Assembly (NCBI GenBank): GCA_021613535.1
Contig: CP075497.1
Span: 10,912,001 to 10,976,000 of the forward strand
DNA from: Adineta vaga
Lineage: Eukaryota > Animalia > Rotifera
Reading direction: 5' to 3'
DNA: 64,000 bases
Shown here: positions 40,401 through 54,245 of the stretch, piece after piece
Layout of the letters: every line of letters begins with the position of its first letter
Numbering within the stretch: position 1 is the first letter of the stretch
Notes under the pieces: model-generated
What the model was told of the DNA's origin: nothing
Seen by the model: only the letters and a program-made list of their open reading frames with translations
Databases searched by the model: none
Position numbers and translations under genes: made by a program

Positions 40401-41669
40401 CATACATGATACATCGAGCATCAATAATTGGACTACCAAGAAAAGAAATAACAGCTGGAGAATATTTTTTCCTATAAATAAAAAGCAAAAGGAATAAGTC
40501 TTTTGTTTTGATGAAGAATTAATTTTACCAAATAAAATCGATGAATGGTTGATAGAAATAAACTATTCGAGATAATGATCTAATTAATAAATCATGAAGT
40601 TCAAGAACAAATATTCGTTGAAGTGTTTGATCTGATTTTCTTGATAATTCATTAACAAGTGTTGTTTGATATTCCATTAATGATAATAATTGTTTATAAT
40701 AATCAATTTCCGATTGATTTAATATTAAATTTCCATCCTCTAAATCCCACGAAAAATGACTATTCATATAATCAGAAATTTAACAAACCTGAATATCGTC
40801 GTGCTTCTTTTGGCATTAATGGTCGAAAATTATAGAAAGCTTCTAGTTTCGATGCACATAATTGACATGTTTCTCGTCGTAAATCTGGATTCGTTGTTCG
40901 AAGTATACCCAATGTAAACTAATTGAATAGAAATGAATTCATTCATTTGATTTATTCATTTATAAGATCTTACTTGAATCAATTTACAAAGAATATGTCC
41001 CGATAAAACAAGACATTGAGTTCGAGCAGTATTCAATATTAACTGAAAAAAACGAAATAAAGAATCAAAGAAAATGCACAAATGAAAGTTTTTTTTTCTT
41101 TTTTACGAACCCGAATGCAACCAACAAGTTCACGTTCAACAAATGGTGAACCATTGGGAAAAGCATCGAATATATATTGAAGAAAATCTTGTTTTTCTTG
41201 TATTGTACATTCATGACATGATTCTTCTTCAAGAATTAATGTCTAAAAGATGTTTAAATAAGAAATTGGAGAAAATTTCACAATGAAAAATTCGTCCAAC
41301 CTCAAATCCTTGACTAACAAGTATTCCAATCTGTGCTGTTTCAGTTTCCAAACAACTTCGAATAAATTCCAAAGCTTTTTCTCTAAACAACAACAAAAGA
41401 AAAAAATAAATCCTTTTCTATGTTTGACAGAAAATTTTACCTTCCATAGTGAAGTGTTGTCCCATGTGACAAATAATCTAATTAAATAAATGAAACAGAA
41501 TTTAGATTAAAGACAAAGTTATTTTACCAGATAGTTGTTGACAAAATTCTATAAAATAAAAACAAATAGATTAATTTAAATAGAAATATGATTAGAACTA
41601 TGTACCTCGTAAAAGTAAATTATGCATTCTATCGGCTTCTTGCTGGACGTTTATTAGCCATTGAGCCAT
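34449..41669 (-). CDS. ARFGEF3: Brefeldin A-inhibited GEF 3 (BIG3)-like, many exons
   Basis: MAQWLINVQQEA start; MNSGLMLCIEPDWMDTLY; CWSALLGALT; KTFFKPFEHL; IVNSICELVELNTNAIMSGWRSIFACL; HDS-domain architecture. Confidence 0.75.
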
Positions 41670-41940
41670 CTAAAATAAAGTGTTAATCATCTATTATTAT
41701 TTGATATGCAATATTTTGTTGCTGTCAAGAAAAAATCAAAACACATAATAAATATTAATCAATTTCTCTACTATTTTAATAAGTAGTTTAATGCGTTTGT
41801 TTTTCCATTTCTAAAACTGTAAGTTTGCTATTGAGTACTATGACACGCTGATCATCGACAAACTAATAATACCGGATGGTTCCATTTTCTTCAAATAGAA
41901 AATCTTTTGTAGATGTCACTATTTAAACATCAATGAAGGT

Positions 41941-41954
41941 TTGTCCATAGTAAC
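41941..41954. promoter_or_regulatory. Candidate RFX X-box (TTGTCCATAGTAAC) upstream of DNAAF4
   Basis: Near-consensus match ~75 bp upstream of the ATG of a motile-cilia gene. Confidence 0.5.
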
Positions 41955-42025
41955 GACGATCTCTATAGATGGTTATATCTCTCGTTCTATACGAAATACA
42001 ATTTCATTGTATTAAAAAGAAAATC

Positions 42026-43785
42026 ATGCCTGTAATTATTCGAGATATTAATTGGGAAGAAACTGAGACGCATTTAGTTCTACATATCCCACTGAAAGGT
42101 GCAAAAGCAAATAAACTTGATATACTTTCATCAGATCAATATTTCAAAGTTCGTCATTAAGAAACTTTTTCGATATGATCTTTGCCATTTTTCAATAGGT
42201 TTCATTTCCGCCGTTTTTCTATGAAGTTTTTCTTTATGATCTTGTCGATGATGATAAAAGTCGAAGTGTTGTTCAGAATGGTTTTGTTGAAGTAACATTA
42301 ACAAAACAATTTCCTCGTAAATGGAATCAACTTTCACATGCTCAATCAGGTAATCTTCTAATTTCAGAATTTGATAGACAGAAATCGAATCTATTGTTAT
42401 TGTTGTTGTTTAGAGGATAAAGAAGCAATGAAATGTCTTCGTGAAGAAGCTTTAAATCAAATAGCAAAAAAACAAAAGGAACGTATTGAAGCAAATGCAT
42501 CATTATTAAATACGAATAAACGTGAAGCTGTTCGACAACAAATGAAGGTTGAAATTTGATGAGGAAAAAAAAGATTTTGAGTAATTAGTTTTGTAGATTG
42601 AAGAAGATGAACGAAATCGAATTGATACAATAAAAAGTAATGAACGTGATAAAATCAGCGATGAAATGAAGCAATTTGAAGATAATCAAAAAATTCAACG
42701 AAGATTAGCAATACAAAACCACGTAAGATGAAGATTTTCTTTTAATATATCATTGTCAGACTTATATTTTCTCTTTAGATTAAACCAAACGAAATTCAAC
42801 CACATAAAACAGATGAAAATCAAGAGAAGAAAAAAAGTATTTTCGAACAAAATCCTACTACAAATTCACCATCAGGTAAATGATAGTTCTTTTTTTTAAA
42901 TCAATACCGAAGTGTAGAGAATTACATGAATTAGTTTAGAATCAAAGATTACTGCACCATTACGTGAAACTGGTCGTATTGCTGTTAATTTTACATCTCG
43001 TGTGTTTCCAACACCTATGCGAGAATCTCAAACAGAAATCGAAGAAGAAGTACGTTTTCTGAAGATGAAAAGACAGATTTTTCATTCTTTTTCTAAATAG
43101 TGGTTAAGAAAACAGATGGAAAGTCGTCAAGCCATTACTGATCTTCAACTTGATTTATCTGAAAATGAAAAAGATGTTGATTATCTAAAATCAAAAGCAA
43201 AGTAAATGCTCGTTCTCTAGACACAAATTTACTTATTTTGATTTTCTTTAGTCAATTCTTCCAACAGGGTAATTTTCAATCGGCTATTGGTGTTTATAAT
43301 CATGCCATACGAGTCTTCCCTAAAATGGCTATGTAAGATAAAACTTATTCATTTATTTCAATAAAGTTTCTCTTGTTTTCTTTTTTTTGAAAGATTATAT
43401 TCAAATCGTGCTGCTTGTCATTTTCAAGTTCGAAATCTGATGAAATGCGTCGAAGATTGTTCTCGAGTAAGTGTACTCAATAACAAATGAGTATACGTTC
43501 TTTCTTTTAATTAGGCATTGGAATTACTTGATCCACCTGTACTTGATAATTTACCACAACGAATAAAAGCACATATTCGTCGTGGTACTGCGTTTTGTGA
43601 ATTAGAACTTTATGCTGAAGGTATAAAGAAGACTTTAGTTACTTCTTCACTGATGTCTTTTCTCTCTCTCTCTAGGACTTATGGATTATGAAGCAGCTCA
43701 GAAACTGTCTCCTGATGATGAAAATATCAGAAACGATTGTCAACGTATTCGTAATTATTTAGAAAAAAATCAAGATTTTTCTTAG
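42026..43785 (+). CDS. DNAAF4: Dynein axonemal assembly factor 4 (DYX1C1)
   Basis: CS domain [13 protein letters not shown]...PLKG...[13 protein letters not shown]; [13 protein letters not shown]; TPRs [34 protein letters not shown]. Confidence 0.95.
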
Positions 43786-45965
43786 TCTAATCTCTTTTAT
43801 ATGAATATATGTTATTAAATGTTGAAAATAAAAGTCTAAGAAAGCAAAAGTACTTCATAGTTGAATTCAATTTTATTGATAATATCAAAACGAAATACAA
43901 CGAGTAACAATTTGATGACGTGAATGTATATTAAACACATTCACAATTGGCATATTCTATTTATTTCCATGAACATTCGAAGAAATACTGAACTATTCAT
44001 ATCCATTCAAATGAATGAAATTTCCAGTTTTCTTGATTGAATGAGTTGAGAATTTAAAATTCAGGTAGTTCTGTTTTGTAAAACATCATCATTTAGATCA
44101 TCTGTTATCTTTATTATCATTGGATTGATCACCCGTTGAAGAAACAGTACCTGTCACATAGGCATCCCACGGTTGAGCATCATCATAATGATGAGAGTAT
44201 GTTGTCAAATCTATTCGTCGCATTTTTTGATTAGAATTAATTCTATGCACCGCCAAACGTATTGTTAACTAATAGATACTTTATAATGATTCAAATACCA
44301 ACATATATATATATACATACAATTTTTTATTCTCTTACTTTCTCCAACTAGTATGTAGACGACAAGTAGGAGAGAACGAAAAAAGAGATTAGATGGTAAG
44401 TAGGAGGACAAATGAGTCAGCCATTCGTTTTTTTAAAACTATTAATACTAGCTTTTAGGCGAAAATTCATGACATCAAAAAGCGACTGATTCTTTCAGTT
44501 GATTTAGTCTTTGTGTTACACTAAAATCAATATGTACAAGAACATATGATAAAAAAAGTTGTGCGTCACAAACGTCAAAAGTACAATGAAAGAGGAGGAC
44601 AAACAATACAAAATTGAGGTTTTACGTCAATTTGTACAAGTTAAGTTTGATGACAAGTCAATATTAGTTCAAAAATATCTCATACAAATCTTTGAAATAA
44701 AATCCCCAATCAAAAAATTAAAATCATATATTATCAAAACAAACTATTACAGAGCTGTACCGTTGATAAATACAGAGATTTGGGAAGTAGATAATAAGAA
44801 AAAAAGGTACAGAGAAAAACGTCGTGTTTCATCAGGACTCTAATTATATCATAACGTGTGATTTATGATGAGGAATGAGGAATATTCATGAAATTGCCAA
44901 CTTAGAACTAATCTACTGGGTAGGAAAGAACACAGCTAGATGAAAATCATGTGTTGTATTGGAAAATACCTTTTGTTTTAACATTCTATCGATGATCAAA
45001 CCATAAAGTTCAAACTTTTTCATTTGAAGTATCAAACAACTTGAATTGACTCACATAACTGTATTGTATCAAGTGGCCATGGTAATCGTCATCTAGCTGA
45101 CGTCAATATGTTATCATATTTACGATTAAACGTCATCAATGAATATCAGCGAAATATACTAAGTCGATCTATTGAATCTAAATAGACTTATTCATAGTAA
45201 TCGGATTGATTGATGGTAATAAATCCATATTTTTTTCTGATGTATCTTGCGAAAGTCGTGTAACCAAGCAGTGATTCACAATTAACATTGCATATAATCA
45301 TTTTCGTGACTGGATACTATATGTATGACTGCAGTATACTGATGAGTGTACAAAGAATTAAAGGTAGCATTCCATTGCAGTTGGATTTGATCACTACTCA
45401 TCAATTTTTTGGGGGAGAATAGTTAACTAATTGATTTTTTTCGAAATATTCATTTGTAATACAATTATCAATAATCTATATGTAAATGAGTGAAAAAAAA
45501 CATCATACGACTATTTAACTACTCATCAATATTTCTCTTGAATTTCCTGATAATATTTGCCAACATCGATACAGTATATAGTCAATAACAACAACAATAT
45601 TAGCTCAACAAATATTTTGTATTTTCAAAATAACTATTTAACGAAAGAAGAACATATCGTAGGTGTTGAACAAAATACTTTACCACAATCAATAAATGTA
45701 TTATTCTATTTCTGAATCTTATTACGTATCTAATACAATGTGAATATTTTACTTCTAACTATCATAGAGGAATGAACGACATCTTCACTGAACATATCGC
45801 ATGTTAAATTGTCATACTATGATTATTTATAATAACTCATCAATCAAAATCGATGTTAAAATAAATAGATCAGATATATTCCTTTGAAGTTAAACTTGTT
45901 ACTCACAAAAAGATCATCGCTTCAAAAAACGAATAGTTGTGATTATTCATATAAGAAGAAGTACA

Positions 45966-46787
45966 ATGACTTTGATATTTGTTCTCGCGATAATTATATT
46001 TGTTTTGAATTTAACACTATCAAATGCAAATAATTCAACATATTCGGATGAAGAAGACTCTATTTTCAGGAAGTTTCAATGTGATACTAACAATCCAGCT
46101 GATATATGGCTTAATATATGCAATCTAAATATCGATCAATTCTTATTCAAAGCAGATAATTTCAAAGCACATGTGAGTCTTACCACTACAGTTGGAAATC
46201 TTTTTTCATTCAATGTGAATACTGATGTATCTGTTGATAAAATCAATCTATCCACTACAGGTAAGATCTATAGGAATGACTTTAGTCTATAACTTTTTAT
46301 TTATAGATTTGAATGCAGGAATACAATTAGCGATAAGTCTTGATACTATCGCTAAAATTATAACACGAACATTAGATTCATTTGATTTCAATCCTTTTCT
46401 AACAACAATTCCTAATCTACTTTGTATATTCACGAATCATGATCAACTTATTTATCAGATCATTAGAAGAGGTAAAGAAAAATTTCAGAAACTTAAGTAT
46501 TTTATCTTTGATGACACATAGATGGTAAAATTGCTAATCAAGTATTAGGATCTATGGGTAAAATTCTCTCATCTACTATCGTTGGTGATTATCGACAAAA
46601 TATGACATTGATTGGTATTCCAAGAATATTGGAAAATGAATATACAATTAGTCAATACCAATATCGATCTCCATTCAAATCGTTCACATTAAATAATGTA
46701 TTACTCATTATAATATTTGATGCATTTGGTAATATATTCAATATTCATGTTATTGACAATGTACTGCGATCATTCAAAACTATTTAA
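45966..46787 (+). CDS. Secreted protein resembling an uncharacterised fungal/actinobacterial family (3 exons)
   Basis: Signal peptide; PADIWLNICNLNIDQF..ADNFKAHVSL..GNLFSFNV..DVSVDKINL..SLDTIAKIITRTLDSFDFNP..IVGDYRQNMT. Introns at 46261-46306 and 46472-46521. Confidence 0.7.
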
Positions 46788-47140
46788 ATAATCACTTCTT
46801 ATCTGTTTATATAATAGGAGTGAAATTAATTTTACTTCCATCTATGGATGATGATGTTTTAATTTTGAATGTAGTTCATTTTCAAAACGTTTCTCTGACT
46901 GTTCTAGGAATATATATATATGAATGAAGGTTCGTTTAGACTATCTATATGTCATAATTTGTATAACAAAAGAAAAACATAACATTGTGGGTTATTTCTT
47001 GTAAATAAATAAGAACGAATTTTCCATAAGCAGTTGCAAAATAATCAATTGGATTATAATCATGATCAGCTGATTTTTTTGTTCAGCAAAATACTAAACG
47101 AATATGTCGAATAGCTAATTTGACTTATCCTATTTTCTTT

Positions 47141-50100
47141 CAATGATACATGTGATTACTAAAGTCAATCGACAAAAGATAAAAAAAAGTGCAGTCGTGT
47201 AACACCGAATAGTTACTTGCATGTGTATGGAAGAAGTTTGTATATTATAGTACAAAAGATGGTAAAATTGCGGAGATATGGCCCTTCAGCATACATGCAG
47301 ATAGCATACTCGGTGTCGGATCGGACCGCATCGGCACATTATGTGAAGTTGAAGTTATTTTGAATACGAATTCAGATTGTGCAACACTTGTTTATTTTAT
47401 GACAGATTTGATACAGGATAGACAAAAATATTTGTTTTCGATGTTTTTTTTCTTTTTTTCACGATTAAGAACACGTTCGATTTGAGACACATTATTTATT
47501 ATTTCAATAAAAATTTATCTTCAAACTTTGTATAAAAAAGAGAAAGGTCTGTATATTCGATTGTTATTCTTACAAAATCTTGTTCGTTTCTTCTTCATCA
47601 CTCGATTCATCTAAAGCTCGACTAGCTAATTGACGAATTTCTGATACTAAATTGTGTAAATCACCATCATCTTTTGCTTGAAATGATGGTGAATGTGATT
47701 TTTCTTGATGAATTGTTTTCATCAATAGATTTCGTTCTCGTTCCAATATCATTATTCGTTTTGTAAGTTTCTCAAGTTCAGTATCAGATCGTAATTGTGC
47801 ATCAGCTATTTGTTGTTGCCATCGTTCTTTTTCACGAGTTGTAGTTCGTTCCATTTGTCTATCGAATACGTAAATGTTAGAGAAATGATTTCTCAGAAAG
47901 AAAGAAAGAAATAAAAAGATTTTACCGATAATTAGCCGCAAACTTTGCTTGTTCACGTTTTGCTTCATTGAGTTGTTTTTCTAAATTATCCTTTTCATTC
48001 AGTATTCTTTCTTCTCGTTCCTAAAAACATATCGATAATCGAACTTTCTCAAAGTAAAAATAGAATTCTACTTGAAATTCTCGTTGTAACAATTCAATAT
48101 TTTCTGATTGTTTATGTTGTTGATTATTCCATGTTTCTGTCAATTCTTTCAATTGTTTATCTTTCTCCATGAGCGTTGTTTCATAGAAATGAATCTTTGT
48201 TATATGTTCTTCAGATAACAATTGCATCATTATTAGTTTTTCTCTATTTACAATGAGTTCTTGTTGATATTTTTCTTCGAGTTGTTCACCATGAAGTTTA
48301 GTTTGTTTATATTCTTGATCAAGTTTATGAGCAAGTAAATCACGTTCATGTGAAACAGTTTTTAGTTCACGTTCAAGTAATGATAAATCTAGATATTGTT
48401 CATCTTCTGTTTGTATTGCAATTGTAACATGTTGTTTTGATGATAAAGATAATAATTGTCGATTGAATAATGTTTGAAGAATAAGAAAACGTTTGTTGAT
48501 ATAACCAAGACGTTGTTCATAGATGGCAAGTGTTTTATTGATTGTTTTAAATAGATTATCATGATGTGGATTTGTTGTGTATTTGCCAATGATTTGACGA
48601 ATGATTTGTTCTGTTTGTTGATAAGATTGAAGATGTTGTTTGAGTGATGTATTTTCATCAAGAATCAAAGTTAAATTTGAATCAGATTGATGTAATTTCG
48701 ATTCTAGATATCTACAGAAGTGAATTTAATATTGAGAAATGAGAATGAATAATGATTACATACTGAATATGAACTTTTCGTTCGTCATATTGAGTTTGTA
48801 GAAGTTTATTTTCATGAAGAAGCTCATTAACTTTGCCTTGTAATTGTCCAATATCTATGAAGAATATTTTTAGATCATGAAAAACAGCAGGAAGTTATTT
48901 CTGACTTTAGTCTACGATGTGTAAACTTTATTTCATTTATCTAATATCCGATTTAAATAGAATAGTGAAATGAAAATTAGTCTTCAGTCATGCCAGATAA
49001 GGCGAATAATAAATCAAAGTACAAATATGAATTCTAAATCGAATATATGGAACAGATAATATATTTAAAAAAATCATTCTTTCATCGAACTATTATTTCG
49101 AAACAGAATAAATATTTTCTGTAAGTTCTCTTGTCGAAGTGTTAAAATTTCGATATATGTCATCGTTGATTTTAGTATTCTCTTAGAACAAATAGAGGGT
49201 TGAAATTTGTATGTTTCTTTTTTGAAAATGCATTTGTAACGTTTCTTACCATTCGAAAATTTACTACTATTATTTTTCAAAATCAGTTCCATCGATTTTA
49301 ATTGCATCAGTAAATCATAAACTTTTGTTCGCCAACAATTCAAAAGTGATTGACGTTTTTCACTATTATTTGATGTTGTTTGTTCAAGTTTCTCTTCTTG
49401 CAATGTCAATACATCATTCATTGATGTTAATCTAAAAATATCATTTCGTTAATCAACTTTCAATTCAATTCTACTAATTCTAAGATTTAACCTTAAGTTT
49501 AACAATCGCATTTCTTCATTCAATCTCGCATTTTCTTTTTCTCGTTGTTCGAGTTGTTGCGATAGTTTGTTGTTGAGAAGATCTGTTGATGTTGATGTCG
49601 ATGATTGTTGAGATGACAGTAATTGTTCATAGTATAGTTTTTCTTTTTGAACTTTTTGTAATTCAGCTGAACGAATTTCAAATTCATTGCGATGTGCTTG
49701 CCACGATAATTCTTTTGTTTGTAATGTTAGTTCAACGTCATTGATTGCTTTTAAACAACGAGATTTTTCACGTTCAAGTTCATGACGTAATCGTTCGATC
49801 TCAGTTGCTTGTTGTTGAATGATATCTTCGAGAGTTTCTTGAACAATATTTGATCGACGAGGTAAATTAATCAATTGAGGTGCTCGTTCAAGTAAATCTG
49901 CGAATAAATAGAAGGATAGTAAAAATAGTTAGTGTTATTGTTTTCTTTGTATACCTCGTCCGGATGTTTTGAGAGCTTCATTATTTGTTCTTAATCTTCC
50001 AATTTCGATTTGTAAATGTTCGAGTTGTTCATGAACTGTTTTTGTTTGATGTTCGCTTTCAGTTGTCGAATGAATTGATAAGGTAGATTGAAATGCTGAT

Positions 50101-50584
50101 GGTGGTAAAAGCAACATATCTGGACTTAAAGAACTAATCATCATGTTTTTTTGTCAAAATATGAATAGGACATCTAAAATATGATATAGAAGACATGAAT
50201 TTGCGCGTGAGAGAAACAGATTGGTTGCCGGTCATGTTCAATGGATCTATATGTCTCGTTGTTATGAAGAAGAAAAAATGGTCGTATTTTTTCTAATAAT
50301 GCTTGAAAATAAAATGAACGGGGAAACAAACTTGATATACCTGTATGTATTAATTTTTATCGAGAACACAGGAAAATATTTGGATTTATTGCAAATAAAT
50401 CTATGAGTTCATCGTTCTATGACAACTTTCTCTTTTCTTCATCTGTATTCTCGAGCAGCAGTTAAAGATTTGAGTTTCACCTTTCTCTATCGCTGCTGTT
50501 GTAACTTACAAAGAAGCGAATGAAGTTTATCTTTTCCTTTCTTTCTTTCTTTCTTTCTTTCTGCATAGTTTCCACATGGAGAGT
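47141..50584 (-). repeat. Right arm of the inverted duplication
   Basis: Reverse complement of 17700-21382. Confidence 0.95.
47570..50144 (-). CDS. CCHCR1: Coiled-coil alpha-helical rod protein 1, copy 2 (intact)
   Basis: Same exon structure as copy 1; about a dozen amino-acid differences (e.g. TAPD/TSTD, IIVK/IIGK, QARD/QAKD). Confidence 0.85.
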
Positions 50585-50967
50585 GAACGACAGAATGATG
50601 AATAAATTGCATGTCGTGTGTGATCATTTATGTTAGTCTCATTCGAATTGCTCTAGTTTGGAAGAAACAAATATTTCCTGCAGTTGTGGTGGCGTTGTTA
50701 CTATTCTTCCAATTTCAATGAAAAGCATGTTCATAGAATATCGTTAGTTGTCTACTTTATTTGCTTGTTTGTGAAAATAAAAAAAAAGAAGAATAAATGT
50801 TTTTTTTGTTACACATACATACACACATAGAAAAGATGAATAGTACAGGATTGCTTGAAAATAAAAAAAAAGAAGACTGACTGGCGACGTCACATACAAT
50901 AGAAATCTAGGGATTTGTTTTTGAAATGAAATGTGAGAAAAAAAACGAAAAAAATAGATTGATTTGT

Positions 50968-53962
50968 CTACCAAAGATGTGTTTCGCGCACTTCGGAGAT
51001 GATTTGATTTGCTTTATGTAGTGCCTAGAAGGAGAAATAGATCGATGTAATTGTATCAAACAATAAAATTAATCATTTACTTCAAGCATTTCTTGAGCAT
51101 CTTTTCGTCTTTGAGCGATATGTCCCGATTCATCGAGTAATTCATCATGTTCATGTATGGATGTTTTATAAAGTGATGCAACAAGTTCACTTTGTAATTG
51201 ATCTTTGACAAAATTGACAAGAAAATGCATGATAGCTTTTGGGACAGTATCTTGTATATTCTTTCGAACAATCAGAAAATAGGAACGAATTAATCTCTCT
51301 AAAATGATAGACATAGATGTAGATTTTAACGAAGAAAGATACATGTATTTACCAATAACTTCACAATCACGGTGTTCTCGTGGTGAAAGTTTGCGAGCAT
51401 TAATTGTTGTCTAAATCGATAGAATAAAAATGTTAATATAATTCTTGCTATCAACATCTCTGGAATAGACTTACTCCATCGCCCACTGGTGCCATAGATG
51501 TTGATACGACAGAACTCTGTACTGTATTGACCATATACGGCGATGATTGTTCACCATTTGTTACAGTTTCAATATCAGTACCATCAGTTATATGTTGTTG
51601 AATTAAATTTCGACTGGATGATATGATTTTTCCTAATGTCGATTCATCATTCTGTAAAAAAATAAGTGAAAAGGAGTAGAGATAATAAGGAATGTCTCTG
51701 TTTGTCGTACTCGATTTTCTTTTCCTCGAGATTGATCACGTTGAGGTTTAGTTTGTACTTGAACTGAATTAGATATTGTTGATGATGAAGTGGATGTTGT
51801 AATATAATCACCACCAGTTAATGCTTTGTGAATAAGACCAGCTTCATGGAAATCTGGATGTTTTGTATTAATATATGCTAATTCGATGCCAACAAGATTT
51901 TCAACCATTCGATTTGTTTCGGGTAGACGACGACGTAATAGATGTGTGACAACATCAACAATCTTTTCGTGTAAGCGAGGAAATCGAATAAATTCTTGCT
52001 AAAAATAGATTAGGAAAAGAGAAGGCTTATTATAAAGAATGAAAACTAAAGAAATACCTGTGCACCACAATGTTGAATAATTCGTTGTAATTCTTCATGT
52101 ACAAGTTCAACACATCGTAGACCTGGATCTTCTAATCGTTTGATTTGTCGTTTAACAAGTAATTCAAATGAAACTTCAGGTACAAATAAGGCAGGTCTTG
52201 GACCCTGAAGAAAAGCAATTATTGATCGAAAATTCAACGAATAAACATACAGTCGCATTTCTTATAGCTGTAAGTATATCAAATGTTGTCAATGTATCTA
52301 ATGGATTGATGGATTCAAGAGCACGTGCAAATGTCTCATGAAATATATAGCAAATTCGTGCACCACCACATCTAAATAAAATGTACATATATTCTATTCA
52401 CATGGATTGATAGTTTTGTCATAAAGCTACGAACAATTCTGAAACTTCAATATTCTTTGCTGTGCCTTCAATTGTTGCACAATAACTTGATGCAAACTTT
52501 GTAATGATTTGCAATAATAATCTACCCTAAAAGATATACGACATATGTTGAGTAGGATAATTCTTAATAAAATTCTAACTTTGTCTTCAATTGGTTCACC
52601 AAAAGAATTAACAAGTGTTTGAAAATGAGATACCATTTGATTAATACGTGTTTTTAATGCTGGTAAACAGTCTCGAATATGATGCATTAGTAACTAGATA
52701 AATAAAATAGTCATTTCTCTTGGGAATTATTGATCACATACTCTATTTAATGTTTTTGCAAGAAATGATGTGCCATTTCGACTTGCGATTGATGGATAAT
52801 TCTTTTGAAGAAAAGCCGATTCATAACGAAGTGCTTCTTCAATTGGCTGAAACAAAATCATAAATTCACATTTGATGTTTTAATGAAATGATGAATAAAC
52901 CTTTTTCTTATGAATATCTTCTTGACTTCGATTAACAACACCAATAATACCCAATTTAACAGGAATAATTCTTCCACAGAGAACATCATACGCATCAGTA
53001 CCACGATCCATTAGATCAAGTTTTGTTAGAACAGCTAATGTTCGTCGACCTATAAAGAAAAATAATGTTTTATTTTTCTTTGATGCCAATGTTTAAATCG
53101 AATTTAACCTTCAGGATCAACTTCTTTAGCGAATTTAACAGCTTCAGATGTAGAAAAATCAACATTTGCTGGTGTAATTGCAAGTATAATTGCATTTGGA
53201 TTGGATATATAATGCATAATTAAATCTCGAACTTGTTTTTCAATATCAACTGGTTGATCTTCTACTGGTATCTACGAAACAAGATAGTTGAATGCAAACA
53301 AGTCTGATGAGAGAGAAAAAATATTCTAATTTTACTTTTGTTAAACCTGGTAGATCGATTAACGTTAGTGTAACAACTTTTGGTGAATAGATTTTTAATG
53401 TTATTGGTTCATGAGAGATGTTCTACAAAAACGCATATTGAATATGAAACAAGGATGAGAATATTCAAACCTTTTTTCCACCTAGTCGATCAGTTTCTGC
53501 TTCGATTTCTTGACGAATTTCATTGAAATCCGTGTAAACTTTACCTTTAATATGACTAAATATTGCAAACTCATTTTCATCCGGTACACTAACTAAGAAA
53601 GTAAAAAAGAAAATGTATTCAAAATTGATTAAAATTGAGATATGAACCTCCTAAATTTTGACATTGCACTTCTTTATCTTCGACTGGTGTATAAACAAGT
53701 TGAAGAGTCAATGGACGTCGTGTAACAATACCAGCACCTCTTGGGAGAAAGTCTCGTCCAACTAAATTTTCCAATACGGAACTTTTACCAGCACTCTAAA
53801 ATAAGAAAACAATATTGTATAATGAACTATGTCAATGATTGAAATTCTGGAAAAACACACTTGAGAGCCAACAACAACTATTTGTGGTAATTGGATATTT
53901 TCAGAACCGACTGTATTGAATACATCTTGAAGTTTATTTAAAATTGGGATTAAGGCGTCCAT
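50968..53962 (-). CDS. DNM1L: Dynamin-1-like protein (Drp1), many exons
   Basis: [40 protein letters not shown]; DLPG; TKLDLMD; [18 protein letters not shown]; ends VRETHLW. Confidence 0.97.
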
Positions 53963-54245
53963 CAATCTAAATTAAAAAATTGTAATCAGATCGATCTGAT
54001 TACGAGATTTTCCTTCTTTTTTCCTGAGTTGAAATGCTAAAACAGACGATCGATAATATAGTTTTTATCATAATCTAATTGGCTTAAATAATCCACCAAT
54101 GAGATATATTCTCTTTTCCTCGGTTACTTTTCTTCACATCTATGCATTTTAATCTAACTGATGAAGGATATCTCTAAGTAACAATAACGGTAAAGTGATC
54201 TTGCATGATAAGTCTAGTCGATAATTCTCTTCTTGCGTCTTCTGA

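Noticed and set aside
17700-50584. Inverted arms as terminal repeats of a giant transposon
   Set aside because: The arms contain a host gene and have fuzzy ends, and the interior holds housekeeping genes with no transposase or integrase.
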